Shown here in pieces: positions 27,194-37,325 of a stretch of DNA of 64,000 nt (position 1 is its first letter; the number at the start of each line of letters is the position of its first letter). The stretch is taken from positions 128,001 to 192,000 of the forward strand of contig JBOEGF010000015.1 in assembly GCA_050633305.1 (NCBI GenBank), in the 5' to 3' direction. The notes under the pieces are model-generated. The model ran no database searches. It had not been told where the DNA came from and was given only the letters and a program-made list of their open reading frames with translations. Both the position numbers and the translations under genes were made by a program. The stretch is from Nannocystales bacterium. GTDB taxonomy: Bacteria; Myxococcota_A; Polyangia; Nannocystales; Nannocystaceae.

Positions 27194-28522
27194 CTACTTG
27201 CCGATGCAGAAGGTCGAGAAAATTCGAGTGAGAATCTCGTCCCCCACGGGCCCGAGCTGCGTCCGACCCGTGATCGCTGCGAGGCGGGCTTCGGTGACCC
27301 CGAGTTCAAACGCGATGATCTCCAGAGCAGCGTCATCTGCCATCAGCTCGGCCGCGCGAGCCAACGCATCGAGTGCCTCGGCCGCCCGGTCGCGATGTCG
27401 CGCCAAGCCGATCCAGGCGCGGTCCTGATCGCGGGCAAACCACGCCCGAAGCGCGGCCTCGACCTCCTCGATCCCCTCGGCGCCCTGACCCAGCGTGACG
27501 CCGATGGCATCGGACCGCCGCGTACCGAGGTCGCGCTTCGTCTCGACTTCCAACACCCGCACTCCGAGCTCGGGGCGCTCGACCGGCTCGGCATCCGAAG
27601 CCTCCACCCACAAGACCAGGTCCGCGAGTTCAACCTGCTCGCGGCTCATCTCGATCCCGGCCGCCTCGATCGTCCCGGCGTCTCCACGAAGACCGGCGGT
27701 GTCGATCAGCCAGGCGCCGTGGGGACCGATGCTGTAGTCGGCCTCCACGTAATCGCGGGTCGTGCCCGGGATGTCTGCCACGATCGCCCGGCGCCGCCCC
27801 AGCAAAGCGTTGAACAGCGAGCTCTTCCCTGCGTTGGGCGGACCGGCCAGGACGAAACGGGCCCGCTCCCGACCTCGGCGACCCGCCTCGAATCCCGACA
27901 ACCAGCGGTCGAGCTGGGTGCGGAGATCGGCCACCTCGGCACGCCACCGCAGGACGTGGGTGTCATCGACATCCTCAGGGAAATCGAGGTTGGCCTCGAC
28001 TTCGGTTCGCAGCCCGAGCACCGCATCGCGGAGCGCCTCGACTCCGCGGCCAAGCTCCCCAGCCGCCAACCGTCGCGCCTGCGCGAGGGCTTCGTCGGTT
28101 TGCGCGCCAATGACCGCTGCAATGCCCTCCGCCTGATCGAGTGAGAGCGCGCCGAGCTCGAACGCACGGCGACTGAAGTCCCCAGCACCGGCCGCGGTCG
28201 CTCCCGCCACAAGGCACGCCTCCACGACGGCGCGAACGTTCCGCTCGCCCGCGTGCACATGCAGCTCGACCACGTCCTCACCCGTGAACGAGGCTGGCCC
28301 GGGCATCCAGGCGACGAGCCCGTCCTCTTGCTGGCCGCGGGCCAGCGACAACAGCCGCCGGGCAAGACGCCGCGGGGTGGGGGGCTCCTCGACACCAAGA
28401 CCCGCGAGGACCCCGGCCGCCCCTGGCCCACTGACCCGCACAATTGCGACACCCCCGTCCGGTGTGCCTGTGGCAACACCGACGAGGGTGGTTCGAGACG
28501 CGCTCGTGAAGTCGGCGGTCAC
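27194..28522 (-). CDS. mnmE: tRNA modification GTPase
   Basis: GPPNAGKSS, PGTTRD, DTAG, FCIGK terminus. Confidence 0.96.
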   Translation of the reverse strand: MTADFTSASRTTLVGVATGTPDGGVAIVRVSGPGAAGVLAGLGVEEPPTPRRLARRLLSLARGQQEDGLVAWMPGPASFTGEDVVELHVHAGERNVRAVVEACLVAGATAAGAGDFSRRAFELGALSLDQAEGIAAVIGAQTDEALAQARRLAAGELGRGVEALRDAVLGLRTEVEANLDFPEDVDDTHVLRWRAEVADLRTQLDRWLSGFEAGRRGRERARFVLAGPPNAGKSSLFNALLGRRRAIVADIPGTTRDYVEADYSIGPHGAWLIDTAGLRGDAGTIEAAGIEMSREQVELADLVLWVEASDAEPVERPELGVRVLEVETKRDLGTRRSDAIGVTLGQGAEGIEEVEAALRAWFARDQDRAWIGLARHRDRAAEALDALARAAELMADDAALEIIAFELGVTEARLAAITGRTQLGPVGDEILTRIFSTFCIGK

Positions 28523-29034
28523 CGCTCGGGGAACACCACGACGTGGCGTCGTCGGCCTTCGCCCTCGGACTCCGTCGCGAGGCCTTCGATTTCGACGATG
28601 GCCATGTGCACGACCCGTCGCTCCATCGCGCTCATCGGCTCGAAGTGGAACGAGCGTCCTTCGTCGAGCACCTTGTCCGCGGCGTTGCGAGCGAGCTGCT
28701 TGAGCGTCTTCTCGCGGCGCGTCCGGTAGCCGGCGACGTCGAGAGTAATCCGCATGCGCGCTTGGCCTTCGGCCTGAAGCACACGAAGCGTCAGGTACTG
28801 AAGCGAGTCGAGGGTCGCACCGTGACGACCGATCAACAGACCGCCGTCAGACTCGGCGCAGTTGAGGTCGCAGTGCAGCCCGTCTTCTTCGATATCGATG
28901 TCGACTTCGACCTCGACACCAAGCAACCCGAGCACGCTCTCGAGAAAGGAGCGCACGACGGGCACCGCCGGGGAGAAACGCTCCTCGGGGGTACGGTCAT
29001 CTTCAGAGTTGTTGTCCTGCTGTGGGTCGGACAT
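28519..29034 (-). CDS. jag: Jag/KhpB RNA-binding protein (KH plus R3H), short form
   Basis: LIGRHGATLDSLQ, ERRVVH; synteny. Confidence 0.9.
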   Translation of the reverse strand: MSDPQQDNNSEDDRTPEERFSPAVPVVRSFLESVLGLLGVEVEVDIDIEEDGLHCDLNCAESDGGLLIGRHGATLDSLQYLTLRVLQAEGQARMRITLDVAGYRTRREKTLKQLARNAADKVLDEGRSFHFEPMSAMERRVVHMAIVEIEGLATESEGEGRRRHVVVFPER

Positions 29035-29050
29035 GCGATCGGTCCAGAGT

Positions 29051-30769
29051 CTACTTCTTTTTGGCCGGCTTTTCGTCGGCCTTGGCCGGCTTACCGTCTG
29101 CGGCCGGATCATCGGTGTTCCGGCCTACCTGGATCGCGGTTTGGACGACCGACAGGCAGATGTTGACGAAGATATAGAGGGCCAAGCCGGAAGGCAAAAA
29201 CAACATGAAGGCCGCGAAGACGACCGGCATGATCCAACGCATGAGCTTGGCCTGCATCTCGTCGCCAGACGTGGGCATCATGCGGTTTTGCACGACCATC
29301 ATGCCCCCGAGCATGATGGGCAGCGCGTAGAACGGGTCCTGCTTGGTCAGGTCGGGGAGCCACAGGAAGGGCTCGTGCACCAGCTCCACCGCGGCACCCA
29401 GCATCGCGTACAGAGCGATGTAGACCGGCATCTGCACGAAGACAGGCAGGCAGCCAGCCAACGGGTTGACACCCTCACGAGCGAAGAGCGCTTGCGTCTC
29501 TTGGCCCTGCTTGACGCGGTCGTCAGCGTATTTCTTTTTGATCTCGGCGATCTTCGGCTGAATCCGCTTCATCGCCTTCATGGAGTTCATCTGCTTGAGC
29601 GTCAGCGGCAGCGTGACTGCCTTGATGACGATGGTCACAAGCACGATGGCCCAGCCCCAAACGCCGACCCATCCATAGAAGAACCGCATCAGGCTGAGCA
29701 GCATCCGCCCGAGGTACTCGGAGAGACGTCCCAGGATGCCCCAGTCGATGGCTTCCTCGAGGTGAACCTCGGTCGCGGGCTTGACCGCGGCGAAGGCCTG
29801 CAAGCTCTCGAGACCCTTGGCACCGACGAAGAGCCCAAGCTCGTAGCGCTTCACCTCGCTGGGCGCGAGCGTGGAGACGTTCGTGGCGAGCGTTCCCACG
29901 AGGAACCCACCGTCCTCGCTCTGTTCCAACACGCACTCGCCGAAGGGCTCCGTGGGAACCATGAGCGTGCCGAAGTACTTGTTGTCGACGCCGCCCCACA
30001 GCACCGGGTCGGTGCCATAGGTGATCGGTCCATCTTCGACGTCGCTGTTGTCCTCGTCCTCGAAGTCCTCTGTGGTCCGGCACAGCCCACGCTTGATGTT
30101 GTACCGGCTCTCCTCACCCGTGAGGCCAACCCGGCTGCGCACATGCATGCGGTGACGTTGCTCTTGGCGAGTGAGGTTGGTGACCTCGACCGACAGGACC
30201 CCCTCGTAACCGGCGAGCAGCTTCAGGGTCTGCTTGACCTGAACCTCTTCGGTGCGGTGGACCAACGTGATGCTGTCCGCACTCGCGCTCTCCACTTCAT
30301 AGGCCTGACCGCCGGCGATTCGGAAGTCGCTCGCAGCGTCGGCGAAGCTGACCTCGAGCGTCGAGGCGCCCTTGAGGCCCAGTGGGTCGGTCGCGGTGTC
30401 GTGCCCCTGGAACTGCTCGCTGAGCAGGTCAACCTCTTCGACCATGCCGCCACGCGTGGGCGCACGGTTGGTGACCTTGAGGGACAGGAGGTCGTTGGAG
30501 ATCGTGTGGTGAACCACCTCGACATCAGTGTCGGTCGGTGGCTCATCCTTCGCCGCTTCGGGTCCTCCGCTCGGTGCCGGCTCAGACTCGCCGTCAGCGT
30601 TGGCTAGCTTGGCGCCGTCCGCTTGGGCGTCGTCGGATTTCGCGACTTCAGCTTGCGCGTCCTCCTCGACCGGTTCGGGGGGAGGAGGGCCGAAGAAGTC
30701 GAATGTGATCCAAACGATTCCGCAGAGAAAGAGCGCAATGGCGATGCGTTTTTCGAAACTCAGCTTCAT
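29051..30769 (-). CDS. yidC: Membrane protein insertase
   Basis: [26 protein letters not shown]. Confidence 0.96.
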   Translation of the reverse strand: MKLSFEKRIAIALFLCGIVWITFDFFGPPPPEPVEEDAQAEVAKSDDAQADGAKLANADGESEPAPSGGPEAAKDEPPTDTDVEVVHHTISNDLLSLKVTNRAPTRGGMVEEVDLLSEQFQGHDTATDPLGLKGASTLEVSFADAASDFRIAGGQAYEVESASADSITLVHRTEEVQVKQTLKLLAGYEGVLSVEVTNLTRQEQRHRMHVRSRVGLTGEESRYNIKRGLCRTTEDFEDEDNSDVEDGPITYGTDPVLWGGVDNKYFGTLMVPTEPFGECVLEQSEDGGFLVGTLATNVSTLAPSEVKRYELGLFVGAKGLESLQAFAAVKPATEVHLEEAIDWGILGRLSEYLGRMLLSLMRFFYGWVGVWGWAIVLVTIVIKAVTLPLTLKQMNSMKAMKRIQPKIAEIKKKYADDRVKQGQETQALFAREGVNPLAGCLPVFVQMPVYIALYAMLGAAVELVHEPFLWLPDLTKQDPFYALPIMLGGMMVVQNRMMPTSGDEMQAKLMRWIMPVVFAAFMLFLPSGLALYIFVNICLSVVQTAIQVGRNTDDPAADGKPAKADEKPAKKK

Positions 30770-31125
30770 CGGGAGCTCCGTTTGGGGGGTACGGGATCGT
30801 AGCCGCCCGGGTGGAAGGGGTGGCACCGCCCAATGCGGCGCACGGCGAGCCAAGTACCACGAACTGCACCGTGCTCACCAAGCGCTTCGGCCGCAAAGCG
30901 CGAACAACTTGGATGGAAGCGGCAGCGGGGACCAAGCAGGGGAGAGAGGACTAATTGGTAGAGGCGGATCAATCCAACGCCGACCCATGACACGCCAAAC
31001 CGCGCTGGCATGGGGCTCAGCGCGGTGGAAGGGGTGTCGTGGCGGTCGCAGCAAACCTCAGACGAACAGCCAGGGTCGTCATCGGCCCCCTCGTCAGTCG
31101 GCTCGTCAGTCGGCTCGTCACTCAC
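30766..31125 (-). CDS. yidD: Membrane protein insertion efficiency factor
   Basis: [22 protein letters not shown]; start uncertain. Confidence 0.92.
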   Translation of the reverse strand: MSDEPTDEPTDEGADDDPGCSSEVCCDRHDTPSTALSPMPARFGVSWVGVGLIRLYQLVLSPLLGPRCRFHPSCSRFAAEALGEHGAVRGTWLAVRRIGRCHPFHPGGYDPVPPKRSSR

Positions 31126-31616
31126 GAGGAACCTCGCTCGGCATGCTGTCGCGTGAGCCTACGAGCGAGGGCCACGAAGTCGCTGCGCAATTCTTCGAGC
31201 GTGAAGCTCAGCGCGTTCCGTTTTGCGACCAACACCATGTCGTAGCCAGGGGGAAGATGAGCCCGCTCCTGGCGAAACACCTCGCGCGCCAGGCGCTTGA
31301 TGCGGTTGCGCTGATGCGCGCGGCCGACCTTCCGGGTTACGGTGACCCCCAGTCGCGTGGGTCGCAACGGCGGCGGCTCGGTATGCGACGTGACCTCGCG
31401 CGGCGACGCCTCTGAAACCGCGGGTGGTTCGCCACGCACAACACCCGCCGACTCCACTGCCGTGCGCCGTCGGTCCTTCTCGTGACGAGACTTGGACCGA
31501 GGCGCCACAAACACGAGGAAGTGGCGGGTGTGGTGTTTTTGGCCCCGACGCTGGACGCGAAGAAACTCCCGTCGCTGGCGCAACCGCAGCCAACGCGGGA
31601 GTCCTTGAGGCTTCAT
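31122..31616 (-). CDS. rnpA: RNase P protein component
   Basis: [21 protein letters not shown]. Confidence 0.92.
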   Translation of the reverse strand: MKPQGLPRWLRLRQRREFLRVQRRGQKHHTRHFLVFVAPRSKSRHEKDRRRTAVESAGVVRGEPPAVSEASPREVTSHTEPPPLRPTRLGVTVTRKVGRAHQRNRIKRLAREVFRQERAHLPPGYDMVLVAKRNALSFTLEELRSDFVALARRLTRQHAERGSS

Positions 31617-31654
31617 CGAGCCAAAGACCGTCGCGGGGTGAAGTCCGCGAGCCC

Positions 31655-31807
31655 CTACTTGGAGCCGCAGCTCACCGTAAGGCGCTTGCGTCCTTTACGG
31701 CGACGGGCGGCCAGGACTTTGCGGCCGTTCTTCGTTGCCATGCGAGCGCGGAAACCGTGCGTACGTTTGCGGCGGGTGTTGTGCGGTTGGTAGGTACGTT
31801 TCGACAC
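31655..31807 (-). CDS. rpmH: 50S ribosomal protein L34; below the ORF-track cutoff
   Basis: [43 protein letters not shown]. Confidence 0.97.
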   Translation of the reverse strand: MSKRTYQPHNTRRKRTHGFRARMATKNGRKVLAARRRKGRKRLTVSCGSK

Positions 31808-32360
31808 GATTCGTTCTCCTGCCCTCGGTTGGAGGGGCCAGTGGCATCCACGCTCCGCGGACGCCGAAAGGGAGCGGTAGATAGCAACCGGATCCCCAGC
31901 GTGTCAAACGACCGCCGTGTGTGGGATCGCCGCTGATCTTTCTGGCCCCAGCGCCCCCGCTATCGCACCCGGACCTACATGCTTGGCACGGTCTTGATCG
32001 GGGCTCGAGAACTGCTTGTACCCGAGCCCGCAAAGCCGCTTGCCAAGCGGGTTTCCGCGATCGCAAACCCGCAAACCCGCTTGGCGTGAGCGCGGGCTCG
32101 CCGTCAACGATCTGTCGGCTTCCGATTCCCGTAGTCTTTTCATATACTTCTGTGCCCCCGGTCCACAGCCGGACACCAGGCTCGGTGGACCTTGCCCGCC
32201 CGCGTCGTTCGCACGCGCCAATGATCTCAAGCGCTTGGCAAGATCGTCTGCCGCCTGCTTGCGACACGTCTGTCACACGCGTACACCGGCGAACCCGAGG
32301 GGGCGCCAGCGTCTCCTAGGCCTACGACCAGGACCGCTTGCGGGGCACTTTCGCCCCCAT

Positions 32361-32410
32361 GTCCAAGGCGGTCCAAGGCGGTCCAGGGCGGTCCACGACC
32401 GTCCAGCACC
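32361..32410. repeat. Five 10-bp phased GTCCA repeats
   Basis: gtccaaggcg gtccaaggcg gtccagggcg gtccacgacc gtccagcacc. Confidence 0.8.
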
Positions 32411-32559
32411 GCTCGAACCGCGCTCTTGCTCTGCAGCAACAGCGCGCAGCCACCCCGTCTTCTTTCCGCCCCGGCCTCTGGCCATCTTCTAAGGGGCACA
32501 CCGGGCGACTTCAGCCCAGCCGTTGACGAGATGAGGTGGCACCCCGACCACTGCGCGAA

Positions 32560-32672
32560 TTTCCCACAAGCTGGGGATCCGCTGTGGAAAGGACCGTCTT
32601 GTCCGCAGAAAAAGCCCCGTGTTCCTGCGCACTTCTCCACTTGTCCACACCTCTCTGCCCACTGTGGACGCC
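32560..32672. promoter_or_regulatory. DnaA-box cluster upstream of dnaA
   Basis: TTTCCCACA, TGTGGAAAG, TTGTCCGCA, TTCTCCACT, TTGTCCACA, TGTGGACGC. Confidence 0.7.
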
Positions 32673-32678
32673 CCCGCT

Positions 32679-34106
32679 ATGACCGATCTTTGGAACGAGG
32701 CACTTCAGGGTTTGCAGCCGCGTCTGGGTCAAGAGACCTACGACCTGTGGCTGCGTCCACTTACCGTCGCCGCCGTCGAGGGACAGACCATCCGTCTGCG
32801 CGCGCCGAGCCTGTTTATGAAGGAGTGGTTCGAGAACCACTACATGGAAGCAGTGCTCGACGAGATCGAAGCCCGCACCGAAGCCCGGTACGTCCTCGAT
32901 CTTGAAGTCGACCCCAACGCCTCAGAGCTGACCCCAGATCGATCTACGGATCGATCCGCAGCCCCCGCCTCCCAAACTGGAACACAAGCCGGGACCCAAC
33001 CGGCCGCCCCGACGAGCTCCACGTTCGCCGCGCCGGAGCCGGTGACCCCTCATGTGGAGGTTCGCCAGGTCGCGCCTCCACCCGTCGGTCTCTCGGAGCG
33101 CTACCGCTTCGACTCCTTTATCAGCGGAGCGTCCAACGAGCTTGCCGCATCAGCTGCGCGCGCGGCCGCCGACCAACCCGGGACTCGCTTCAACCCGCTG
33201 CTCATCTACGGGGGAGTCGGCCTGGGCAAGACCCACCTCCTTCACGCGGTCGGCCACTCGCTCTACGAGTCGGACCCAACGCGACGCATCACCTATCTGA
33301 GCGCTGAGCGCTTCATGAACGAGTTCATCTCGGCGGTGCGCTACAACCAGTTCGATCAGTTCCGCCGGAAGTACCGCGAAGACTGCGACGTCCTCCTCAT
33401 CGACGACATCCAGTTCATCGCCGGCCGCGACCGCACGATGGATGAGTTCTTCCACGTGTTCAACGCGCTGTACGAAGCGGGCAAACAGATCATGGTCACC
33501 TCCGACCGCACGCCCAGCGACATGCAGAGCATGGAGGACCGCATCACCTCTCGGCTCAACTGGGGTCTCGTCGCCGACATCAAGTCGCCCGACCTCGAGA
33601 CGCGGGTCGCCATCCTTCGCCAGAAGGCCGAGAACGACCGCATCGCGATCGCCGACGATGTCTGCGTTTACCTGGCAGGCCAAGTTCAGAGCAACGTCCG
33701 CGAGCTCGAGGGCGCCCTCGTCCGTGTCTCCACGTTCGCCGACCTCAAGGGCGTTCCGATCACCACAGGCTTCATCCGCGAGGTCATCGGCGAGACCACC
33801 AAAGAACGTCGTCGGAGCCCCGTCACCGTCGAGGCCGTGCAGAAGGCTGTCGCGTCTCACTTCTCGGTGCGCATCGCCGACCTCAAAGGACCCCGGCGTC
33901 ACAAGGGCATCTCCCGCCCACGGATGATCGCGATGTTCCTCGCCCGCGAGCTCACCGGCTCGAGCTTTCCCGAGATCGGTCTCCGCTTCGGTGGCAAGGA
34001 CCACTCCACCGTCATCAACGCGTGCAAGCGCATCACCGCCCTCAGTGACGAAGATCCCGAGCTTCGCTCCGCGGTGAGCCAGCTTCGCGAGCACCTGTCG
34101 AATTAG
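32679..34106 (+). CDS. dnaA: Chromosomal replication initiator
   Basis: NPLLIYGGVGLGKTHLL, LLIDDIQF, SNVRELEGAL, GGKDHSTV. Confidence 0.98.
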   Translation: MTDLWNEALQGLQPRLGQETYDLWLRPLTVAAVEGQTIRLRAPSLFMKEWFENHYMEAVLDEIEARTEARYVLDLEVDPNASELTPDRSTDRSAAPASQTGTQAGTQPAAPTSSTFAAPEPVTPHVEVRQVAPPPVGLSERYRFDSFISGASNELAASAARAAADQPGTRFNPLLIYGGVGLGKTHLLHAVGHSLYESDPTRRITYLSAERFMNEFISAVRYNQFDQFRRKYREDCDVLLIDDIQFIAGRDRTMDEFFHVFNALYEAGKQIMVTSDRTPSDMQSMEDRITSRLNWGLVADIKSPDLETRVAILRQKAENDRIAIADDVCVYLAGQVQSNVRELEGALVRVSTFADLKGVPITTGFIREVIGETTKERRRSPVTVEAVQKAVASHFSVRIADLKGPRRHKGISRPRMIAMFLARELTGSSFPEIGLRFGGKDHSTVINACKRITALSDEDPELRSAVSQLREHLSN

Positions 34107-34112
34107 TCTTTA

Positions 34113-34348
34113 GGGGGAACCTCTCGGTTCCCCCCGCTGCGGGAGCGGAGCTCCCTTCGCTCCCCCTTCCAAGGTCGGGCGGGGGCCCTCGCCTTCCTCG
34201 CTGGGGGGGAAGCTCCCTTCGCTCCCCCTTCCAAGGGGCCCTCGCCTCGCCTTCCTCGCCTGGGGGGGGAAGCTCCCTCGCTCCCCCTTCCAAGGGGCCC
34301 TCGCCTTCCTCGCTGGGGGGGGAAGCGCCCTTGCCTCCTCCTTCCAAG
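34113..34348. repeat. Tandem array of palindromic 53-62 bp units with G7-G8 runs
   Basis: AGCTCCCTTCGCTCCCCCTTCCAAGG-like cores at 34149, 34211, 34271, 34324; leading hairpin GGGGGAACC..GGTTCCCCC. Confidence 0.85.
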
Positions 34349-34709
34349 CTCAGGCGGCTTGCCCTCGCCTCCGGCAGCTTCCCTCTCACGCTTGGGCGGG
34401 GGCCCTCGGTTTTCTTCGGTGCGGGGTCGTCCTCGCTTCACGGAGGCTTCGTTTTTCTTCCTGGCTCGGGTGCGGGTCTTGTTGCTCCGCACGCGCTTCT
34501 CCTTCCTGGTCGCCCTCGCTTTCGAAGGCTCTCTTCGCGTCTCCTTCCTGGCTCGGCCATAGCTCTCGGGGGCCGGAGCTTGTCGCCGCAGCTCTTGCCG
34601 GTCTGACCTCATCGAGCTGCGGCGACGCGGCTTCCCGACCGACCCGAACAACCCGCACGGAACAACCTCGCCTTGGCTTTGCCAGGCGGGGCGCTCGTGT
34701 TGGTTCACC

Positions 34710-34946
34710 CCGCTCACCCACAGGTTGTGCACAACCCTGTGGATGAGTCTGAGGACAGCTTGGGGTTGGTTCGGGGGACAACTCGGGCCCCTCTGGTTGT
34801 CCCCCGATGTGGGTCCATATCCCCGACGAACCCCCCAGCAAAACCCACCGAAAAAGTGCCCTGAGATCAGCGCTGTAGGGCGGTTTTCCACTTTTCCCCA
34901 GGACAGACTGAGAAGACGAGAATTAAATAGAAATTTTGCTTTACTG
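34710..34946. other. oriC: oriC core: DnaA boxes, DnaA-trio-like run and AT-rich DUE
   Basis: TCACCCACA, TTGTGCACA, TGTGGATGA, TTGTCCCCC (both orientations), TTTTCCACT, TTTCCCCAG; NAN trios GAA GAC GAG AAT TAA at 34912-34926; AATTAAATAGAAATTTT. Confidence 0.8.
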
Positions 34947-35005
34947 TCTCTCCCGCACGCACCTGGGACGACATGCCCGGGCGAGCAACACGAGGACCAT
35001 CCGTG

Positions 35006-36118
35006 ATGGAGTTCGAGATCGATCAGAGCCGCTTTCTCGCTGCGTTGTCCCTGGCCCAGACGGTGGCCGACAAGCGCGGCACCATGCCTGTCTTGGCCAA
35101 CGTCCTGCTTCGCGCAAACGCGGATGGCAGCGTGGTGTGCTCAGCGACCGACATGATGACGTCTCTCACCGAGACGGTGTCCGCTGAGGTCAAGACGCCC
35201 GGCAGCCTCACCGTGGGCGTGAAGCACCTTCACGGCGTTGTTCGAACGCTGCCCTCGGGAAACGTTCGGGTGAAGGGCTTGGACAACCACTGGATCCAGC
35301 TCAACGCAGGCCGCAGCGAGTTCAAGTTGATGGGGATGCCCGAGAGCGACTTCCCGGAGTTGCCCGATGCAAGCGGCGGCAAGTCTCAGCTCGACTACGT
35401 CGAGATTCCCGCCCATGCGCTCAGTGACCTGATCGCAAAAACGCACTTCTCGGTGTCTACCGATGAAGCACGGGTCAACCTCAACGGAGTCCTGTTCGAG
35501 TGTGACGGTGAGCATGGAATCATGGTGTCCACGGATGGCCACCGCCTCACCAAGTTCGAGCTCGAGCTCAAGGGCCCCAAGCTCGACAAGGGGATCATCA
35601 TCCCGCGCAAGGGCATGCTCGAAATCCGCCGGGTGCTCGACCGCGCCTCGGGTGATGTTGGCCTCGCGGTGAACGACCAACACCTGTTCGTCAAGGCGGC
35701 GGACATGGTGCTGTCGGTCAAGCTCAACAACGTCACCTTCCCCCCCTACAAGGCCGTGATCCCCGCAGCCTTCCAACGTTTCGCTGTTCTGGGCCGGGAC
35801 GACTTGCTCCACTCTCTCCGGCGCGCGGAAGTCATGGCTCCCGAAAAAACCGCGACCGTCCGGGTCTCCCTCACCCCTGGGAAGCTGGAGCTCACCTCCG
35901 ACAACCCCGATCTCGGCGTTGCCCATCAAGAGCTGCCCATCGACTACGACGGGGAAGAGCTGACAGCTGGCTTCAACGCCCGGTACCTCATCGAGGTTCT
36001 CGACGTGATCGACACCCAGGAGGTTCGACTCGAGTTCCAAGGCGAACTCGACCCGTGTGTCGTGAAGCCGATGGACGGTCCGGACTTCATCGGCGTCGTC
36101 ATGCCGATGCGGATTTAG
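35006..36118 (+). CDS. dnaN: DNA polymerase III beta clamp
   Basis: SATD, STDGHRL, IIPRK, GFNARYL, VVMPMRI. Confidence 0.97.
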   Translation: MEFEIDQSRFLAALSLAQTVADKRGTMPVLANVLLRANADGSVVCSATDMMTSLTETVSAEVKTPGSLTVGVKHLHGVVRTLPSGNVRVKGLDNHWIQLNAGRSEFKLMGMPESDFPELPDASGGKSQLDYVEIPAHALSDLIAKTHFSVSTDEARVNLNGVLFECDGEHGIMVSTDGHRLTKFELELKGPKLDKGIIIPRKGMLEIRRVLDRASGDVGLAVNDQHLFVKAADMVLSVKLNNVTFPPYKAVIPAAFQRFAVLGRDDLLHSLRRAEVMAPEKTATVRVSLTPGKLELTSDNPDLGVAHQELPIDYDGEELTAGFNARYLIEVLDVIDTQEVRLEFQGELDPCVVKPMDGPDFIGVVMPMRI

Positions 36119-36223
36119 AATCCGTCAAAGCTGAAGGAGAGCCGCTGCCGAGTCCACGTGACTGGCACCGGCTCTTTTTCGTGCTTTCGGACCCTGAGCT
36201 GTCTTGGTCCTCCTCCACCCAAG

Positions 36224-37297
36224 TCAGGCTGCACAGGTCGCACCGTCTTCGTCTTCTGTGCACTCGCACTCGAACCCGGGAAGGATGTGCCCCGCGAAAC
36301 AGACCGAGAGCAGGTCGCCCATGCAGAAGGAATCAACAGGTTCTTCGCAGGGTTCTGCATCGAGCGGCGCGCACAGAGCCACCTCCTGACAGTCAAAAAG
36401 AACGCAGGTCTCATCGACGAGGCATTGCGTGTCCGCGTCACACTGAGTTTCCAGCTCAACCCCGTCGAAGCCGCACCATCGGGCAAGTCCGTCCGCACAC
36501 GTGGCCGAATACGTCTGCGAATCACAGGCGACGGAGTCTTTGTCTCGACACCCAGCGCCGCCCAAACCCTCGAAGCACAGGTCCCCATCGGAACACTCGC
36601 GCTCTTTGGTCCACCCATCGACTCCGCAACTCACGACGCTCCGCGCTCCCTGACACATCGACCGAAAACCTTCGGGGTCACACGAGACGGCAGCGCTGGA
36701 AACGCAAGTGCCTCCGTATACCCCTGTTCGACATACGTCTCCGGGCTCGCACGGTGCCGCGACCTCAAAGCCATGGTCCCAGCAACTGACGACCGTGGCG
36801 CCTTCGCAATACGGATCGTCTTCGGGCCAATCGCATGGTGTGTCCTCCGGCCCGAAGCACTCGTCGTGGCTGCATGCGCCGCCCGGCGGGCATCCTTCGA
36901 ACCGCCAGAAGCCAGCCTTGCAGGCGAGGATCCCTCCGGGATCGATGCACCGTTCGTACTCATCCTCGCAAGGCTCCCCAACTCGCCAGACACAACCGGG
37001 TCCGTCCGCGCCGACCTCACAGCGGGACCGCGAGCCACATCCCCCGATCTCCACGAAGCCGTCCTCCGAGCATTCGACGACTCGTCCCTCGACGCAGGTG
37101 GCGACGAAGGTCTCCGGGTCGCAAGTGGGGGCACCGTTGCTGTCCGAGCTGGGGTCGGTCGAGGCCGCCCCGCTGGAGCCCGTCGACCCCACGTCTCCGC
37201 CTGCCCCGAGGCAGCCGGCCACCAAGAGCGCTCCGGCGACCGACAAGAGGAGGGGTCGCCCCGGAATCGGTGCCTGGCCGGAGCGAGTGATTTTCAT
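36224..37297 (-). CDS. Cys-rich repeat lipoprotein
   Basis: VAGC lipobox; repeated C-x-G-x4-C modules. Confidence 0.7.
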   Translation of the reverse strand: MKITRSGQAPIPGRPLLLSVAGALLVAGCLGAGGDVGSTGSSGAASTDPSSDSNGAPTCDPETFVATCVEGRVVECSEDGFVEIGGCGSRSRCEVGADGPGCVWRVGEPCEDEYERCIDPGGILACKAGFWRFEGCPPGGACSHDECFGPEDTPCDWPEDDPYCEGATVVSCWDHGFEVAAPCEPGDVCRTGVYGGTCVSSAAVSCDPEGFRSMCQGARSVVSCGVDGWTKERECSDGDLCFEGLGGAGCRDKDSVACDSQTYSATCADGLARWCGFDGVELETQCDADTQCLVDETCVLFDCQEVALCAPLDAEPCEEPVDSFCMGDLLSVCFAGHILPGFECECTEDEDGATCAA

Positions 37298-37325
37298 CCG
37301 TCGAATCATGGCTGCTCCTCCGAGT

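Noticed and set aside
34113..34348. CRISPR array
   Set aside because: Sequences between the cores are near-identical rather than unique spacers, and no cas genes are present.
34103..34891. 262-aa minus-strand ORF
   Set aside because: Translation of repeats and DnaA boxes; biased R/G/E composition.
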